A stretch of 61,251 nt of DNA from Rhodospirillales bacterium (GTDB lineage Bacteria > Pseudomonadota > Alphaproteobacteria > Rhodospirillales > Defluviicoccaceae). The stretch is from NCBI GenBank assembly GCA_044869575.1, contig JBIOXH010000253.1, forward strand, positions 1-61,251, read 5' to 3'. A program made the position numbers and the translations under genes. How positions within the stretch are numbered: position 1 is the first letter of the stretch; each line of letters starts with the position of its first letter. Positions 50,091-60,584 of the stretch are shown here, in pieces. Below the pieces are notes generated by a model, which was not told the origin of the DNA, did no database searches, and worked only from the letters and a program-made list of their open reading frames with translations.

Positions 50091-50819
50091 TCATCGCCGG
50101 GCCGATCCCGTCTTCGACCTGCGCGAGAGCTCCTTAACGAGCGGGGCGATGCGCTCCACGATCTCTGCCACGCCTCTTGCATTGGGGTGGATGCCATCAG
50201 CTTGGTTGAGCGCCGCGACGCCGGCAACGCCTTCGAGGAAGAACGGGTAGAAGAGGGCCTGGTGTCGCTCCGCCAGCCGAGGATAGATGGCATCGAACTC
50301 CCGCCGATACTCGACGCCGAGGTTTGGGGGCGCCTTCATGCCCGCCAACAGCACTGGCAGTCCGCTTCCGTTCAGCTTCGTCAAGATCGCATCGAGATTG
50401 GCCGCGGTTGCCACTGGCGCTAGTCCTCTGAGAACGTCGTTGCCGCCCAACTCGACGATCACCGCGTCCGGACGGTCTTCGGGCTTGCCGCCGAGCACCC
50501 AGCCGAGCCGGGCCAGACCGCCGGCGGTTGTGTCGCCGGAGACGCCGGCGTCGACCACCGAAACGGCGACGTCGCCAGCCCTGAGAGCACGTTCGAGCTG
50601 CGCTGGAAAGGCCTCGGCGCGGGACAGCCCGTATCCCGCCGCCAAGCTATCGCCCAGCACCAGCAGGCGCAGCGGCTCTGCGCCGTCCGAGAATGCGGGC
50701 AGCAGCATCATCGCGACCGTCAGCAGAAAGCTCAGGCAATGGCCGGCGTTGACAAACCAGCGTACCCGTCCATATCGGCAACAAGCCTCGAACTCAGGAT
50801 GATTCCCCGATTGCGACAT
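50091..50819 (-). CDS. tesA: arylesterase/acyl-CoA thioesterase I (SGNH hydrolase)
   Basis: GDSLAAGYG, GVSGDTT, ELGGND, DGIHPN; divergent from ybbA; start uncertain. Confidence 0.9.
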   Translation of the reverse strand: MSQSGNHPEFEACCRYGRVRWFVNAGHCLSFLLTVAMMLLPAFSDGAEPLRLLVLGDSLAAGYGLSRAEAFPAQLERALRAGDVAVSVVDAGVSGDTTAGGLARLGWVLGGKPEDRPDAVIVELGGNDVLRGLAPVATAANLDAILTKLNGSGLPVLLAGMKAPPNLGVEYRREFDAIYPRLAERHQALFYPFFLEGVAGVAALNQADGIHPNARGVAEIVERIAPLVKELSRRSKTGSARR

Positions 50820-50827
50820 ATATACCC

Positions 50828-51565
50828 GTGACCGCGATCTCATCGACTGATCACCCTGCTCCGGCCATTCGACTCGAGGACATTCATCTCAGCCTCGACA
50901 GCGCAGCCGGCCCGGTCCACATCCTGCGCGGCATCGACCTGGTCGTCGGCCAAGGCGAAACCGTCGGCATCATAGGCCCCTCCGGCTCCGGTAAGACCAG
51001 TCTTCTCATGGTGATCGCCGGGCTGGAGAAGCCGACTGGCGGCAGCGTGCGCGCCGCCAACATCGACCTTACGGGCCTGAACGAAGACCGGCTCGCGCAA
51101 TTCCGTCGCGAGAATGTCGGCATTGTCTTTCAGAACTTCCATCTCATCGCGACGATGACGGCCGAGGAGAATGCAGCGCTTCCATTGGAGCTTGCCGGCG
51201 CTAGGGATGCGCTCAAGCGTGCCCGGGACCATCTGGAAGCCGTCGGCCTGGGCCACCGTCTCCGGCATTATCCAGCGCAGTTGTCCGGCGGTGAACAGCA
51301 ACGCGTTGCCCTGGCCCGAGCCTTTGTCGGCGAGCCGGCGCTGCTGATGGCGGACGAGCCGACCGGCAATCTCGATGGTGAAACCGGATCCGCCGTCATC
51401 CGGCTGTTATTCGAGCTGCATCGCCGCCGCGGCACAACGCTCCTGTTGATCACGCACGATCCCGCCGTCGCCCGGCAATGCGATCGCATCATCGAGCTGA
51501 GGGACGGCGCGATCGCCGATGACCGGCGCACAACTCGGTCTCTTGCAATCGGCGTTCACGGGTGA
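50828..51565 (+). CDS. ybbA: ABC transporter ATP-binding protein (YbbA-like)
   Basis: GPSGSGKT, LSGGEQQR, ADEPTGNLD, ITHD. Confidence 0.9.
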   Translation: MTAISSTDHPAPAIRLEDIHLSLDSAAGPVHILRGIDLVVGQGETVGIIGPSGSGKTSLLMVIAGLEKPTGGSVRAANIDLTGLNEDRLAQFRRENVGIVFQNFHLIATMTAEENAALPLELAGARDALKRARDHLEAVGLGHRLRHYPAQLSGGEQQRVALARAFVGEPALLMADEPTGNLDGETGSAVIRLLFELHRRRGTTLLLITHDPAVARQCDRIIELRDGAIADDRRTTRSLAIGVHG

Positions 51566-54093
51566 GCTTGCGGCGGTTAAGCCTGGCGTGGCTGCTGGCG
51601 CGGCGGGAACTTCGCGGTGGTCTGTCCGGATTCCGCGTCTTTCTCGCCGTCCTTGCCCTGGGGGTGGCAGCGATCGCCGCTGTCGGCACGGTCAGAGCGA
51701 CCGTTCTCGCTAGTCTTGGCGCGGATGCCCGCATGTTGCTGGGTGGCGACGTCGACCTGCAACTGGTGCAGCTCCCACCCACGGACGACCAGTCGGCATT
51801 TTTGCGGGAGCATGCCGGCTCGCTTTCGCATGTTGTCGAGATGCGGGCAATGGCGCGCCCGTTCGACCCGGGCGACGCACGGGCCATGGTCGAGCTGAAG
51901 GCTGTCGATGCCGCCTATCCGCTGGTCGGAGAAGTCGTCCTCGACCCTGCCGCGACTTTGCCGGCGGCGCTCGGCAAACGCGGCGATCTTTGGGGGACGG
52001 TGGTCGACGCCGGGTTGCTGAACAGACTCGGCCTCGCTCCAGGCGCGCTGGTGAAGGTTGGCGAAGCGCGCTTCGAGATCCGCGGAACGATCGTCAAGGA
52101 ACCGGACAGAGTGGCGAGCGTGGTCAGCTTCGGCCCGCGTCTGATGGTCGCCGCCGAGGCGCTACCCGATACCGCTCTGGTCCAACCCGGAAGCCTGGTG
52201 CGCTATCGTAGTCGCATCCTGCTTTCCGACGACGTTCGACCGGCGGACTGGATAGCCGCGTTGAAGCAAGCCTTCCCGGAGGCTGGATGGCAGGTGCGGA
52301 CAACCTCGGAAGCGGCGCCAGGCATCCGGCGGTTCGTCGAGCGCCTCGGCACCTTCCTGACCTTCGCCGGATTGTCGGCATTGCTGATCGGCGGCATCGG
52401 CGTAGGCAACTCGGTGAAGCATTATCTGGAAAGCAAGGCGGAGACCATCGCCACGTTGAAGTGCATCGGCGCCTGGGGCGACCTCATCGTGCAGGTCTAT
52501 CTCCTGCAAATATTCGTGCTGGCTCTGCTCGGTACTGCCATCGGCGTCGTACTAGGAGCGGCGCTCCCTGTCCTGGTGCTGCAGGTACTCACGGATCAGC
52601 TGCCGTTCCGCCTGCAAGCGGGCATCTACCCGCTGCCGCTCTTGCAAGCAGCGGCGCTCGGCTTGTTGACGGCGGCGAGCTTTGCACTCTGGCCGCTGGG
52701 GCGAGCGCGAGAAGTCGGGGCCGCCAACCTTTTTCGGCAGGGCGCAACCGGAATGCCCGGCGTTCCGCGCGCCTATGGATGGGCAACACTCGCTTGTGCC
52801 GTCGTCCTCGCCTCTGTGACGGTGATCACCGCAGACGATCGGCTGTTCGCCGCATATTTCGTGGGCGGGTCGATACTGACGCTGCTTGTCCTGCGTTTGG
52901 CCGCGAGCCTGGTCAGCAGGACAGCGGCGCGCTTCCCTGGAACGGGAAGCAATATGGCGCGTATCGCCATCGGCCGTCTGCGCCGGCCCGGCGCGCCGAC
53001 GCCTATGGTAATGATGTCGCTTGGCGCAGGTTTGACGGTGCTGGTCGCGATCGCCCTCATCGACAGCAATCTGCGCGCGCAGATAGGCGAGCGGCTGCCC
53101 GGCGCCGTCCCGTCGTTCTTCTTCATCGACATTCAAGACGATCAGGCCGCGGCATTTGACGCAACAGTCGCCGCCGTGCCTGGCGTTAGCTCGTCGCGGC
53201 GGGTCACGGCCCTGCGTGGGCGCATTGTCGCCATCGGAGGAGTACCGGTCGAGACCGCGCCGATCGCTCCGGAAGCGGAGTGGGCGGTGCGCGGCGACCG
53301 TGCCCTGACCTACGCGGCGACCGCGCCGGAAGGGGCTCGTATCGTCGCCGGCTCCTGGTGGCCGGCCGACTACACCGGCGATCCGTTAGTTTCCCTGGAC
53401 GCCGGATTGGCCAAGGGTTTCGGCGTCGCCGTAGGCGACAGGCTGACGCTGAACGTGCTCGGGCGCGACATCGAGGTCCGCATCGCCTCCGTACGCGAGA
53501 TCGAGTGGCGCGCGGTGCCGTTCGACTTCGCGCTGATCCTGGCGCCGGGTACGCTGGAAGGCGCGCCGCACACGCACATCGCCGCGGTATACGCCGATCC
53601 CGTCGCCGAACCGGTGCTGGACAAGGCTATCGCCGATCGGTTCAGCAACGTCACGTCGATCCACACGCGCGAAGCTCTGGAAGCCGTCAACCAGATGCTG
53701 GCCCGCGTCGGCTGGGGCGTTCGCGCCGCCGCCGCCGTCAGCGTGCTCGCCGGCATACTAGTGCTTACCGGAGCCATCGCCGCCGATCGCCGCCGACGCC
53801 AGTACGAGGCGGTGCTGTTCAAGGTTCTGGGCGCGACCCGCGCCCGCATCGCCGTCATCTATCTTATTGAGTTCGCGGCGCTGGGCCTGGTCACCGCCGT
53901 CGTCGCGGCGGCGCTCGCCGCAACCGTGGCGTGGGCCGTGGTCGTGCAGCTGATGCAATTCGACTGGACGCCGCGGATCGACATCATCGTGGCGACCATC
54001 GTTGTTTGCACGGTGCTGGCGGTGCTGGCCGGCTTCGTGGGCACCTGGCGGCACCTGAGCGGAAGCGCGGCGCCGCTGTTGCGCGATGATTGA
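51562..54093 (+). CDS. ybbP: MacB/FtsX-type ABC permease (YbbP-like)
   Basis: ARRELR, LLGGD, ELKAVD..YPL.G, PSFFFIDIQ, KVLGATR; duplicated four-TM architecture. Confidence 0.88.
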   Translation: MSLRRLSLAWLLARRELRGGLSGFRVFLAVLALGVAAIAAVGTVRATVLASLGADARMLLGGDVDLQLVQLPPTDDQSAFLREHAGSLSHVVEMRAMARPFDPGDARAMVELKAVDAAYPLVGEVVLDPAATLPAALGKRGDLWGTVVDAGLLNRLGLAPGALVKVGEARFEIRGTIVKEPDRVASVVSFGPRLMVAAEALPDTALVQPGSLVRYRSRILLSDDVRPADWIAALKQAFPEAGWQVRTTSEAAPGIRRFVERLGTFLTFAGLSALLIGGIGVGNSVKHYLESKAETIATLKCIGAWGDLIVQVYLLQIFVLALLGTAIGVVLGAALPVLVLQVLTDQLPFRLQAGIYPLPLLQAAALGLLTAASFALWPLGRAREVGAANLFRQGATGMPGVPRAYGWATLACAVVLASVTVITADDRLFAAYFVGGSILTLLVLRLAASLVSRTAARFPGTGSNMARIAIGRLRRPGAPTPMVMMSLGAGLTVLVAIALIDSNLRAQIGERLPGAVPSFFFIDIQDDQAAAFDATVAAVPGVSSSRRVTALRGRIVAIGGVPVETAPIAPEAEWAVRGDRALTYAATAPEGARIVAGSWWPADYTGDPLVSLDAGLAKGFGVAVGDRLTLNVLGRDIEVRIASVREIEWRAVPFDFALILAPGTLEGAPHTHIAAVYADPVAEPVLDKAIADRFSNVTSIHTREALEAVNQMLARVGWGVRAAAAVSVLAGILVLTGAIAADRRRRQYEAVLFKVLGATRARIAVIYLIEFAALGLVTAVVAAALAATVAWAVVVQLMQFDWTPRIDIIVATIVVCTVLAVLAGFVGTWRHLSGSAAPLLRDD

Positions 54094-54164
54094 CCCGGCG
54101 GTCGACGGCCGGCTCAGCCGGCGGAAGCCACGTCGCCCGCGACAGGTTCGTGCTGCGCGCGCCT

Positions 54165-55685
54165 CTAACCGCCGGCGTTCGTCAATTGCTCACGCAGAAC
54201 GTTCTTCTGCACCTTGCCCATCGCGTTTCGGGGTAGTGCATCGACGAACAGCACGCGTTTCGGCACTTTGAAGTTGGCGAGGTTCGCCTTCACGTGAGCG
54301 ATAACATCCGCTTCCGAGACTGTGGCGTTGCCCGGAGCCCGCTTCACGAAAGCCGTCACCGCCTCGCCCAGGTCGGTGTGCGGCACGCCGACCACCGCGG
54401 ATTCCTCCACGCCCCGCATCTCGTCGATGCAAAGCTCGACTTCTTTAGGATAAACGTTGAGCCCACCGGAGATGATCAGGTCCTTGGCGCGACCGACGAT
54501 CGAAATGTAACCGTCTTCGGCGATCATGCCGAGATCACCGGTGCGGAACCAGCCCTCCGGCGTGAACTCCCGGGCGGTCTTCTCCGGCGCCTTCCAGTAG
54601 CCCTTGAAGATGTTGTCACCCTTGATCTGCAGTTCCCCGACCGATGCACGCGGCAGCTCCTTGCCGCTGGTCTCGTCCGCCACCCGAACGCTCACGCCCG
54701 GCAGCGACAGGCCGACGCTGCCCATTCGCCGTTCGCCTTTCAGCGGGTTCGAGGTGTTCATTCCGGTCTCGGTCATGCCGTAGCGCTCGAGGATCGTATG
54801 CCCGGTGCGCTCGCGGAAGGCGCTAAAGGTTTCCGGTAGCAGCGGCGCTGAGCCGGCGATGAACAAGCGCATTGACCGGCAAGTCTCGGCGCTCAACTCC
54901 GGTTCGCCCAGCAGCCGCGTGTAGTATGTCGGGACCCCCATGAAGACGGTGCACTCGGGCAGATACCGCATCACCAGGCGCGCATCGAACCGCGGCAGGA
55001 ATCGCATCGAAGCGCCGCTCAGGAGCGCGCAGTGAAGTGCGACGAACAGACCGTGCACGTGGAACATCGGCAGTGCGTGCAGCAGCCGGTCGGCGCTGCT
55101 GAAACCCCATGCGGCGACGAGACTCTCGGCGTTGGCGCTCAAGTTGCGGTGGGTCAGCATGACGCCTTTTGGACGGCCGGTGGTGCCTGACGAGTAGAGC
55201 ATGGCCGCCACGTCGTCGCCGGCTCTCGGGACGGTCTCGAAATCGGGGCGGGCCGATCGGCTATGCTCGATCAGGCTCCCCTCCCCCTCGTCGTCGAGGG
55301 TAAGCACGACCTTCGTTCCCGACGCGGCGGCGATCTCCCGCATCGCTGCCTCGTCTTGCGGGCGGCAGACGACACACGCCGGCTCCGCATCGCCGAGCAG
55401 ATACTCGAGCTCGCCGCGATGGTATGCGAGATTGAGCGGCTGGTAGACGAAGCCGGCGCGCAGCGAGGCGAGATAGACGAACAGGTTCTCCGGCGATTTC
55501 TCGACCTGCACGGTCACGCGATCGCCGGGCTTCACGCCGGCGTCGGCGAGAGAAGCCGCAATCCGCGCCGATTGCTCGTCGGCCTCACGCCAGGTGCAGG
55601 AGCGGCCGGTATCCGCGTCGAGGATCACCTTGTCCTCGTTGCCGGCGAACACCGACGCGAACATCTCAAACAGATTAGCGCTCAT
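54165..55685 (-). CDS. matB: malonyl-CoA synthetase
   Basis: YSSGTTGRPKG, FHVHGLF, GVPTYYTRL, ILERYGMTE, GRAKDLIISGG, PRNAMGKVQK. Confidence 0.9.
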   Translation of the reverse strand: MSANLFEMFASVFAGNEDKVILDADTGRSCTWREADEQSARIAASLADAGVKPGDRVTVQVEKSPENLFVYLASLRAGFVYQPLNLAYHRGELEYLLGDAEPACVVCRPQDEAAMREIAAASGTKVVLTLDDEGEGSLIEHSRSARPDFETVPRAGDDVAAMLYSSGTTGRPKGVMLTHRNLSANAESLVAAWGFSSADRLLHALPMFHVHGLFVALHCALLSGASMRFLPRFDARLVMRYLPECTVFMGVPTYYTRLLGEPELSAETCRSMRLFIAGSAPLLPETFSAFRERTGHTILERYGMTETGMNTSNPLKGERRMGSVGLSLPGVSVRVADETSGKELPRASVGELQIKGDNIFKGYWKAPEKTAREFTPEGWFRTGDLGMIAEDGYISIVGRAKDLIISGGLNVYPKEVELCIDEMRGVEESAVVGVPHTDLGEAVTAFVKRAPGNATVSEADVIAHVKANLANFKVPKRVLFVDALPRNAMGKVQKNVLREQLTNAGG

Positions 55686-55706
55686 CGCACCCCTTCCGAG
55701 TGGCTT

Positions 55707-57050
55707 CTACGCGCCCTTGTATCGGCTCGGCAGCCAGAGCGCGATTTCGGGGAACGCACACAGCAGCAGGATGCCGACGACCATCAGCCCGAGGAAAGGT
55801 GCGACGCCCCACATGATGTCCTTCAGCGGGATGTCCGGAGCGATGCCGCTGATGACGAACAGGTTCAGCCCCACGGGCGGATGGATGAGCCCCATTTCCA
55901 TGATGATGGTCATCACTACCCCGAACCAGATCAGGTCGATGCCGAGCGCCTCCAGCGCGGGCAACAGGATCGGGGTTACCATCAAAATGATCGCCACTGG
56001 CGGCAGGAAGAACCCGAGAATAATCAAGAAGATGCAGGTCCAAAAGAAAAACTGCCACTTACCCATCTCAAGCGAGACAATCCACTGCGCCAGATCCTGC
56101 GTCACGTGCAGGTAGCTCATTACGTAAGTGTAGAGGAACGACATCGCGATGATCAGCATGATCATCGATGATTCCCGAGCTGTTCCGGACAGAATCACCT
56201 TCATGTCCGCCCAGCGCCAGCAGCCGTAAATGAGCATCACCATCACCACCGCACCGAACGCGCCGATGCCGGCGACTTCCGAGGGGGTAGCCCAGCCGCC
56301 GTAGAGGGCCACCATCACGATGATGATGAGAATGAGAAACGGGGCGAGTCTCGGCAGGCTCTGCATTCGATCGCGCCAACTGTGCCGCTCGGCGACGAGC
56401 AGGGCATCCGCTCGAGCATGGCCGCCCCCCGCCAGCACTTCTCGCTTTTCCCGCCATGACTTGAACATCACCCAGACGGCGAACAGCAGCGTCAGCATGA
56501 TGCCTGGGCCTACCCCGGCCATGAACAACTTGCCGATCGATTGCTCGGTGGCGAGACCATAGAGAATGAGCGTCAGACTCGGCGGGATGAGAATCCCGAG
56601 CGTTCCGCCGGCGGCGATCAACCCGGCCGCCAATCGGGCCGAGTATCCGCGCTTGCGCATCTCCGGGATGCCCGAGGAGCCGATCGCTGAACAGGTCGCC
56701 GGGGACGAACCGCACATGGCGGCGAACATCGCGCAGGCGAACGTATTCGCCAGGCCCAGGCCGCCGGGGACCTTGTACAGCCAGCTGTTGAGTGAATTGT
56801 AGAGGTCGGAGCCGGCGCGCGACTTGCCGATGGCGGCACCCATCAGAATGAACAGCGGGATGGTGAGGAGAGTGAAGCTGTTCAGCTCCGAGTAGATGGT
56901 CTCGGCGACGATGTCGATCTGGACCGCCGGCATGAACAGGAACATGAAGACGAGCGCCACGCTCCCGACGGCGAAGGCTATCGGCATGCCGGAGAACAGG
57001 AAGACGAACGTCGCCATCGCATAGAGCAAGCCGATGTGCAGGGTGCTCAT
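55707..57050 (-). CDS. TRAP transporter large permease (DctM/MatM-like)
   Basis: [41 protein letters not shown]. Confidence 0.93.
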   Translation of the reverse strand: MSTLHIGLLYAMATFVFLFSGMPIAFAVGSVALVFMFLFMPAVQIDIVAETIYSELNSFTLLTIPLFILMGAAIGKSRAGSDLYNSLNSWLYKVPGGLGLANTFACAMFAAMCGSSPATCSAIGSSGIPEMRKRGYSARLAAGLIAAGGTLGILIPPSLTLILYGLATEQSIGKLFMAGVGPGIMLTLLFAVWVMFKSWREKREVLAGGGHARADALLVAERHSWRDRMQSLPRLAPFLILIIIVMVALYGGWATPSEVAGIGAFGAVVMVMLIYGCWRWADMKVILSGTARESSMIMLIIAMSFLYTYVMSYLHVTQDLAQWIVSLEMGKWQFFFWTCIFLIILGFFLPPVAIILMVTPILLPALEALGIDLIWFGVVMTIIMEMGLIHPPVGLNLFVISGIAPDIPLKDIMWGVAPFLGLMVVGILLLCAFPEIALWLPSRYKGA

Positions 57051-57649
57051 CGCGGCACGCTCCGCGGCCGAATGGCGGTCTCCCCGGCCGCCGGTTGCAG
57101 ACCGACAGCCTCCTCGGCTGCCTGCACCTCGGCGTCGTGGTGAGTCGGAACGCCGCGCCGGTGGACTACGTCCGGCAGGGTGTCTTCGGCGATCTGGATC
57201 AGCAGTTGCAGGCAGAGGGTCGTCATGCCGAGGGCCATGAAGATGAAGACGGTCCACAGCGGCGGACCCCAGGTCGTATCGCTGATCCGCCCCTCCTCCC
57301 AGGCCTCGTAGAACAGCGCCCAGCTTTGCCAGGCGATGAAGCTGCAGAAGAGCAGCGACAGCACGTCCGCCGCCAGCATCCGCCAGTGCGTCCAGCGCCG
57401 TGGCGTAATCTCGTCAAGAATCTCGATCGTAACGTGGCCGCGGGTGAGTTGTGTGTACGCTGCGGCCATGAAGGTCGAGATGATCAGCAGGATCACGCTG
57501 AATTCGATCTCCCAGTCCGTGGGCCAGGCGAGGACGTATCGGACAACGACCTCGAACACCAAAACGCAGGCGGCGACGCAGATCAGGACGGCCGAGATAT
57601 AGCCCATGAGCACATTGAAGCGCTTTATGAGTCTTACGATGGCTGCCAC
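57047..57649 (-). CDS. TRAP transporter small permease (DctQ/MatQ-like)
   Basis: EVVVRY..PTDWEIE, RGHVTIE, four TM helices; probable GTG start. Confidence 0.9.
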   Translation of the reverse strand: MAAIVRLIKRFNVLMGYISAVLICVAACVLVFEVVVRYVLAWPTDWEIEFSVILLIISTFMAAAYTQLTRGHVTIEILDEITPRRWTHWRMLAADVLSLLFCSFIAWQSWALFYEAWEEGRISDTTWGPPLWTVFIFMALGMTTLCLQLLIQIAEDTLPDVVHRRGVPTHHDAEVQAAEEAVGLQPAAGETAIRPRSVPR

Positions 57650-57678
57650 CGGACTCTCCGCAGTTCGGCGTTGTTGGA

Positions 57679-58803
57679 CTAGCGCTGCGCCTGCTCTACA
57701 GAGAGCGCCATGTCCAGCAATTCCTGGCCGTTTTGAACCCGGTCGGCGAAATCCTTGAATGCGCTCGCCTTCGCCACCTCTCGCCACTGCTTGAACTGCT
57801 CGTCGTTCATATCGTGCACCTGCGCGCCGGCCTTCTGAAAGATCTCCGCCGCGCGCTGGTCATCCTTCTTAGCTTCCTCCAAGCCGAACGGCTCCAGGCT
57901 GGCGCCTACCTCCATGAAGATCTTCTGCTGCTCGGGCGTCAGCGACTTGAAAACCGCGGTGGAAATCGCCAGCGGTTCGAGCATGAACCAAAACGTTCGA
58001 TCGCGCGCGGTGGTCAAGTTCTTTGAGAATTCTTGCAGCCGATAACTGATCAGCGAGGTGCTCGATGTCACGGCCGCATCCAGTACACCCGATTGCATTG
58101 CGGCATAAACCTCGCTCGAGGGCATGCTGGTGACGGCGGCGCCGGCGGCCTTCAGCATTAGATCCACCTCGCGGCTGGCGCCGCGCGCCTTCATTCCCTT
58201 CACGTCATCGGGAACGAGCACTGCCTTGCCGATAGAGGCGATGCCGCCGCCCTGCCATACCCAAGTAAGGATCTTAACCCCCTTCTCTTCGACGATCTTG
58301 TCGAGTTCCTTGCCGATCCTCGCGTCCTTCCAGCGCATCCCCTCTTCGTAGCTGGAGACCGTCGTCGGCATCAGCGTGATATTGACGGCCGGGACCTCTC
58401 CGCCGCCGTAGGCCAGCGGCACCAAACTCATATCCAAGGCGCCCTTGCGAAGCGCGCTAAACTGGCTCGTCGCTTTGACCAACGAGCTGCTCGGGTGAAT
58501 CTCGAAGCGGATCTGCCCGTTGGTCCGCTTCTCCACCTCCTGCGCGAACTTACGGCAGAGGCGATCGCGGAAGTCGCCCTCCTCGCCCTGGCTGGCCGGG
58601 AACTGGTGCGAGATTTTCAGCACCTTGGCTTGCTGAGCATGCGCGGGGGCAAGGCTCATAAGACTGGCGATAACGAAGATAGCGCCGAACTTGGGAACAA
58701 AGCTGAATATTGCCATTTTGCAAGCATCCACCCGAATACTTGGACTTGGCGTTGCAGGAGACCCGCGCGCGGGTCTCTCGACGTAGTCGAATGCGGTCAT
58801 CAT
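57679..58803 (-). CDS. TRAP substrate-binding protein (DctP/MatP-like)
   Basis: signal peptide ending [31 protein letters not shown]; GGGAGG RBS before ATG 58803. Confidence 0.92.
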   Translation of the reverse strand: MMTAFDYVERPARGSPATPSPSIRVDACKMAIFSFVPKFGAIFVIASLMSLAPAHAQQAKVLKISHQFPASQGEEGDFRDRLCRKFAQEVEKRTNGQIRFEIHPSSSLVKATSQFSALRKGALDMSLVPLAYGGGEVPAVNITLMPTTVSSYEEGMRWKDARIGKELDKIVEEKGVKILTWVWQGGGIASIGKAVLVPDDVKGMKARGASREVDLMLKAAGAAVTSMPSSEVYAAMQSGVLDAAVTSSTSLISYRLQEFSKNLTTARDRTFWFMLEPLAISTAVFKSLTPEQQKIFMEVGASLEPFGLEEAKKDDQRAAEIFQKAGAQVHDMNDEQFKQWREVAKASAFKDFADRVQNGQELLDMALSVEQAQR

Positions 58804-59060
58804 GATCTTTTCCTCCCTCGCGCCCAACTTGTGGTTCTTCGCGCCTGTAATGGAAGCGCGGGCGCTTCTCATGTTCCCCTGAAGCGCAGCTTAGACTACG
58901 AAGAGCGGGCAAGTACAGCCCTCTAGTGGTGTGCTAAATCGCCAAAGACGACTACGGCTGAGCGCGGTGAGATGATCGGCGGAGTGAACCCCCGGGTTGA
59001 GCTCCCTATCTCTCCCTGGATACAGCGCTCATCATAGCTCCCGGCGCCGGAGGCATCGTC

Positions 59061-59271
59061 ATGAAAGACGGCATGACCGGCCATAGCTGGGCGAAACGAT
59101 GACGACGCGAGAGCATCTGCCGTACTTGGTCGGATTTCACGAGACACACCCAGAGCTACGGGAGTTTGAATGCTCATGGTCGTGATACCGCCCGGCGCTG
59201 CGGAGGACCCGCAGCTTCATCCCGGATACGAGACCGCCATCTACCTTCTTGAAGGCCGGCGAATTGCCTAG
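59061..59271 (+). pseudogene. decayed RmlC-like cupin gene
   Basis: ETMTTREHLPYLVG, frameshift near 59133, then ISRDTPRATGV*MLMVVIPPGAAEDPQLHPGYETAIYLLEGR, ending at TAG 59271. Confidence 0.65.
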
Positions 59272-59514
59272 AAGTGCCTTGTCACCTGTTCCATCCGGCC
59301 AAGGACATCCCATCTAGAGAATGCATCGGTGCCACGGTAGTCCGGCTTTCCGCCGCAAGTCCTATCGGCCTCCAGCATGCTTAGCGCTTGCACGCTGAGG
59401 GCACGGCAGGCGGAGCCGGGCTACTCAGGCCACGGCGCGACGATCCCATCTAGTAGTTCGGTTTCGGAACTTCTCGGCGCCCCGGCGTTGCATCTGCATG
59501 CGATCGACCGAACG

Positions 59515-60369
59515 ATGAGTGCGGAAGCGATAGCCCCCGTTGCAGTCTCGTGGCCGCGTCACACGAGGATGCAGGCCACCTACGGTTTCGGCTTGTTTTC
59601 CGTGCCGCGCTACCGGGAGGCCCGTGTCGGCCACTGGCGCATTGTCCGTCACCTTCCGAGCCTCGGGGACGGCTATATTTCGGGGCCGGTTGTGGAACCT
59701 GCGCGCTACGTGCTCTACAACGACCGCACCGCATGGATGTCGACCGGCTTGATGGAGCAGGAGAGTCACGCCTTCCACGTTGACCAAGCAAGAGGGATCG
59801 TTATCGCCGCCGGGTTTGGCATGGGCATGTTCGCATTCGCCGCTTGCGAGAAGCCGGAGGTGGAGCAGGTCATTGTGGCCGAGCGGACGCCGGAGGTCGT
59901 AGCACTGATGCGGCAAGCGGCGCGAATCGACGAATGGCCGGGCCGGCATAAGCTCAGGATCGTGCACGCGGATGCGCTCGCTACCGATCTCGCGCGGCAG
60001 ATCGGAGTTGACGAAGGTCGGCCGGATTATCTGTTCGCCGACATCTGGCACACTTGCGCGGCGCCGAACGCGCCGAAGGAGACGGCGGCGATGGTCGCGG
60101 CGCTGCGGCCGAAGGCGGCCGGCTGGTGGGGCCAGGAACTGTCGTTTGCCCTGTGGTGCCGGGACCGCCAGAGATCGCCTGACGGGACGGCGTTGCGCGA
60201 CTACGCCGCTTCCCTGGGCGTCCCGATACCGCTGACGAAGCAATACCTCGCTTTCTGCAGGGACGCTATTGCTGTAAATCTGCCGGACATCTTTCGTCCA
60301 ACCGGCATATCGAGCTGGCGAGAAAGATGGCGACGCAAGTTGTCTTGGAGGCGTCGGGCGTTGCAGTGA
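59515..60369 (+). CDS. class I SAM-binding protein (spermidine synthase/methyltransferase-like), function unknown
   Basis: WMST..E, VIAAGFGMG motif I, acidic residue in VIVAER, IVHADAL, DYLFADIW. Confidence 0.7.
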   Translation: MSAEAIAPVAVSWPRHTRMQATYGFGLFSVPRYREARVGHWRIVRHLPSLGDGYISGPVVEPARYVLYNDRTAWMSTGLMEQESHAFHVDQARGIVIAAGFGMGMFAFAACEKPEVEQVIVAERTPEVVALMRQAARIDEWPGRHKLRIVHADALATDLARQIGVDEGRPDYLFADIWHTCAAPNAPKETAAMVAALRPKAAGWWGQELSFALWCRDRQRSPDGTALRDYAASLGVPIPLTKQYLAFCRDAIAVNLPDIFRPTGISSWRERWRRKLSWRRRALQ

Positions 60370-60584
60370 GAAGACTGAATCCGTAAGGAAAATCAGCCTC
60401 GCGCCTGCTCCGGCGAAGCGCACTGGCGAATGTCCAGAGAGAAGCATTGTCGCTGCGGGCCAGCGAATTAAAAAATTTAGGAGGGGGGCGGCTGGGCGCG
60501 ACGGCCGCAGGCTGCCTGGGTATAATAACCCGGACGCGGCGATGACTTGCATGCCGCGATCTACAGGGACGGGAGGATAACGGC

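Noticed and set aside
60469-60488. A6 and G6 homopolymers upstream of the PhoD-like gene as a phase-variation tract
   Set aside because: The runs are too short and not clearly within a promoter spacer or coding frame.
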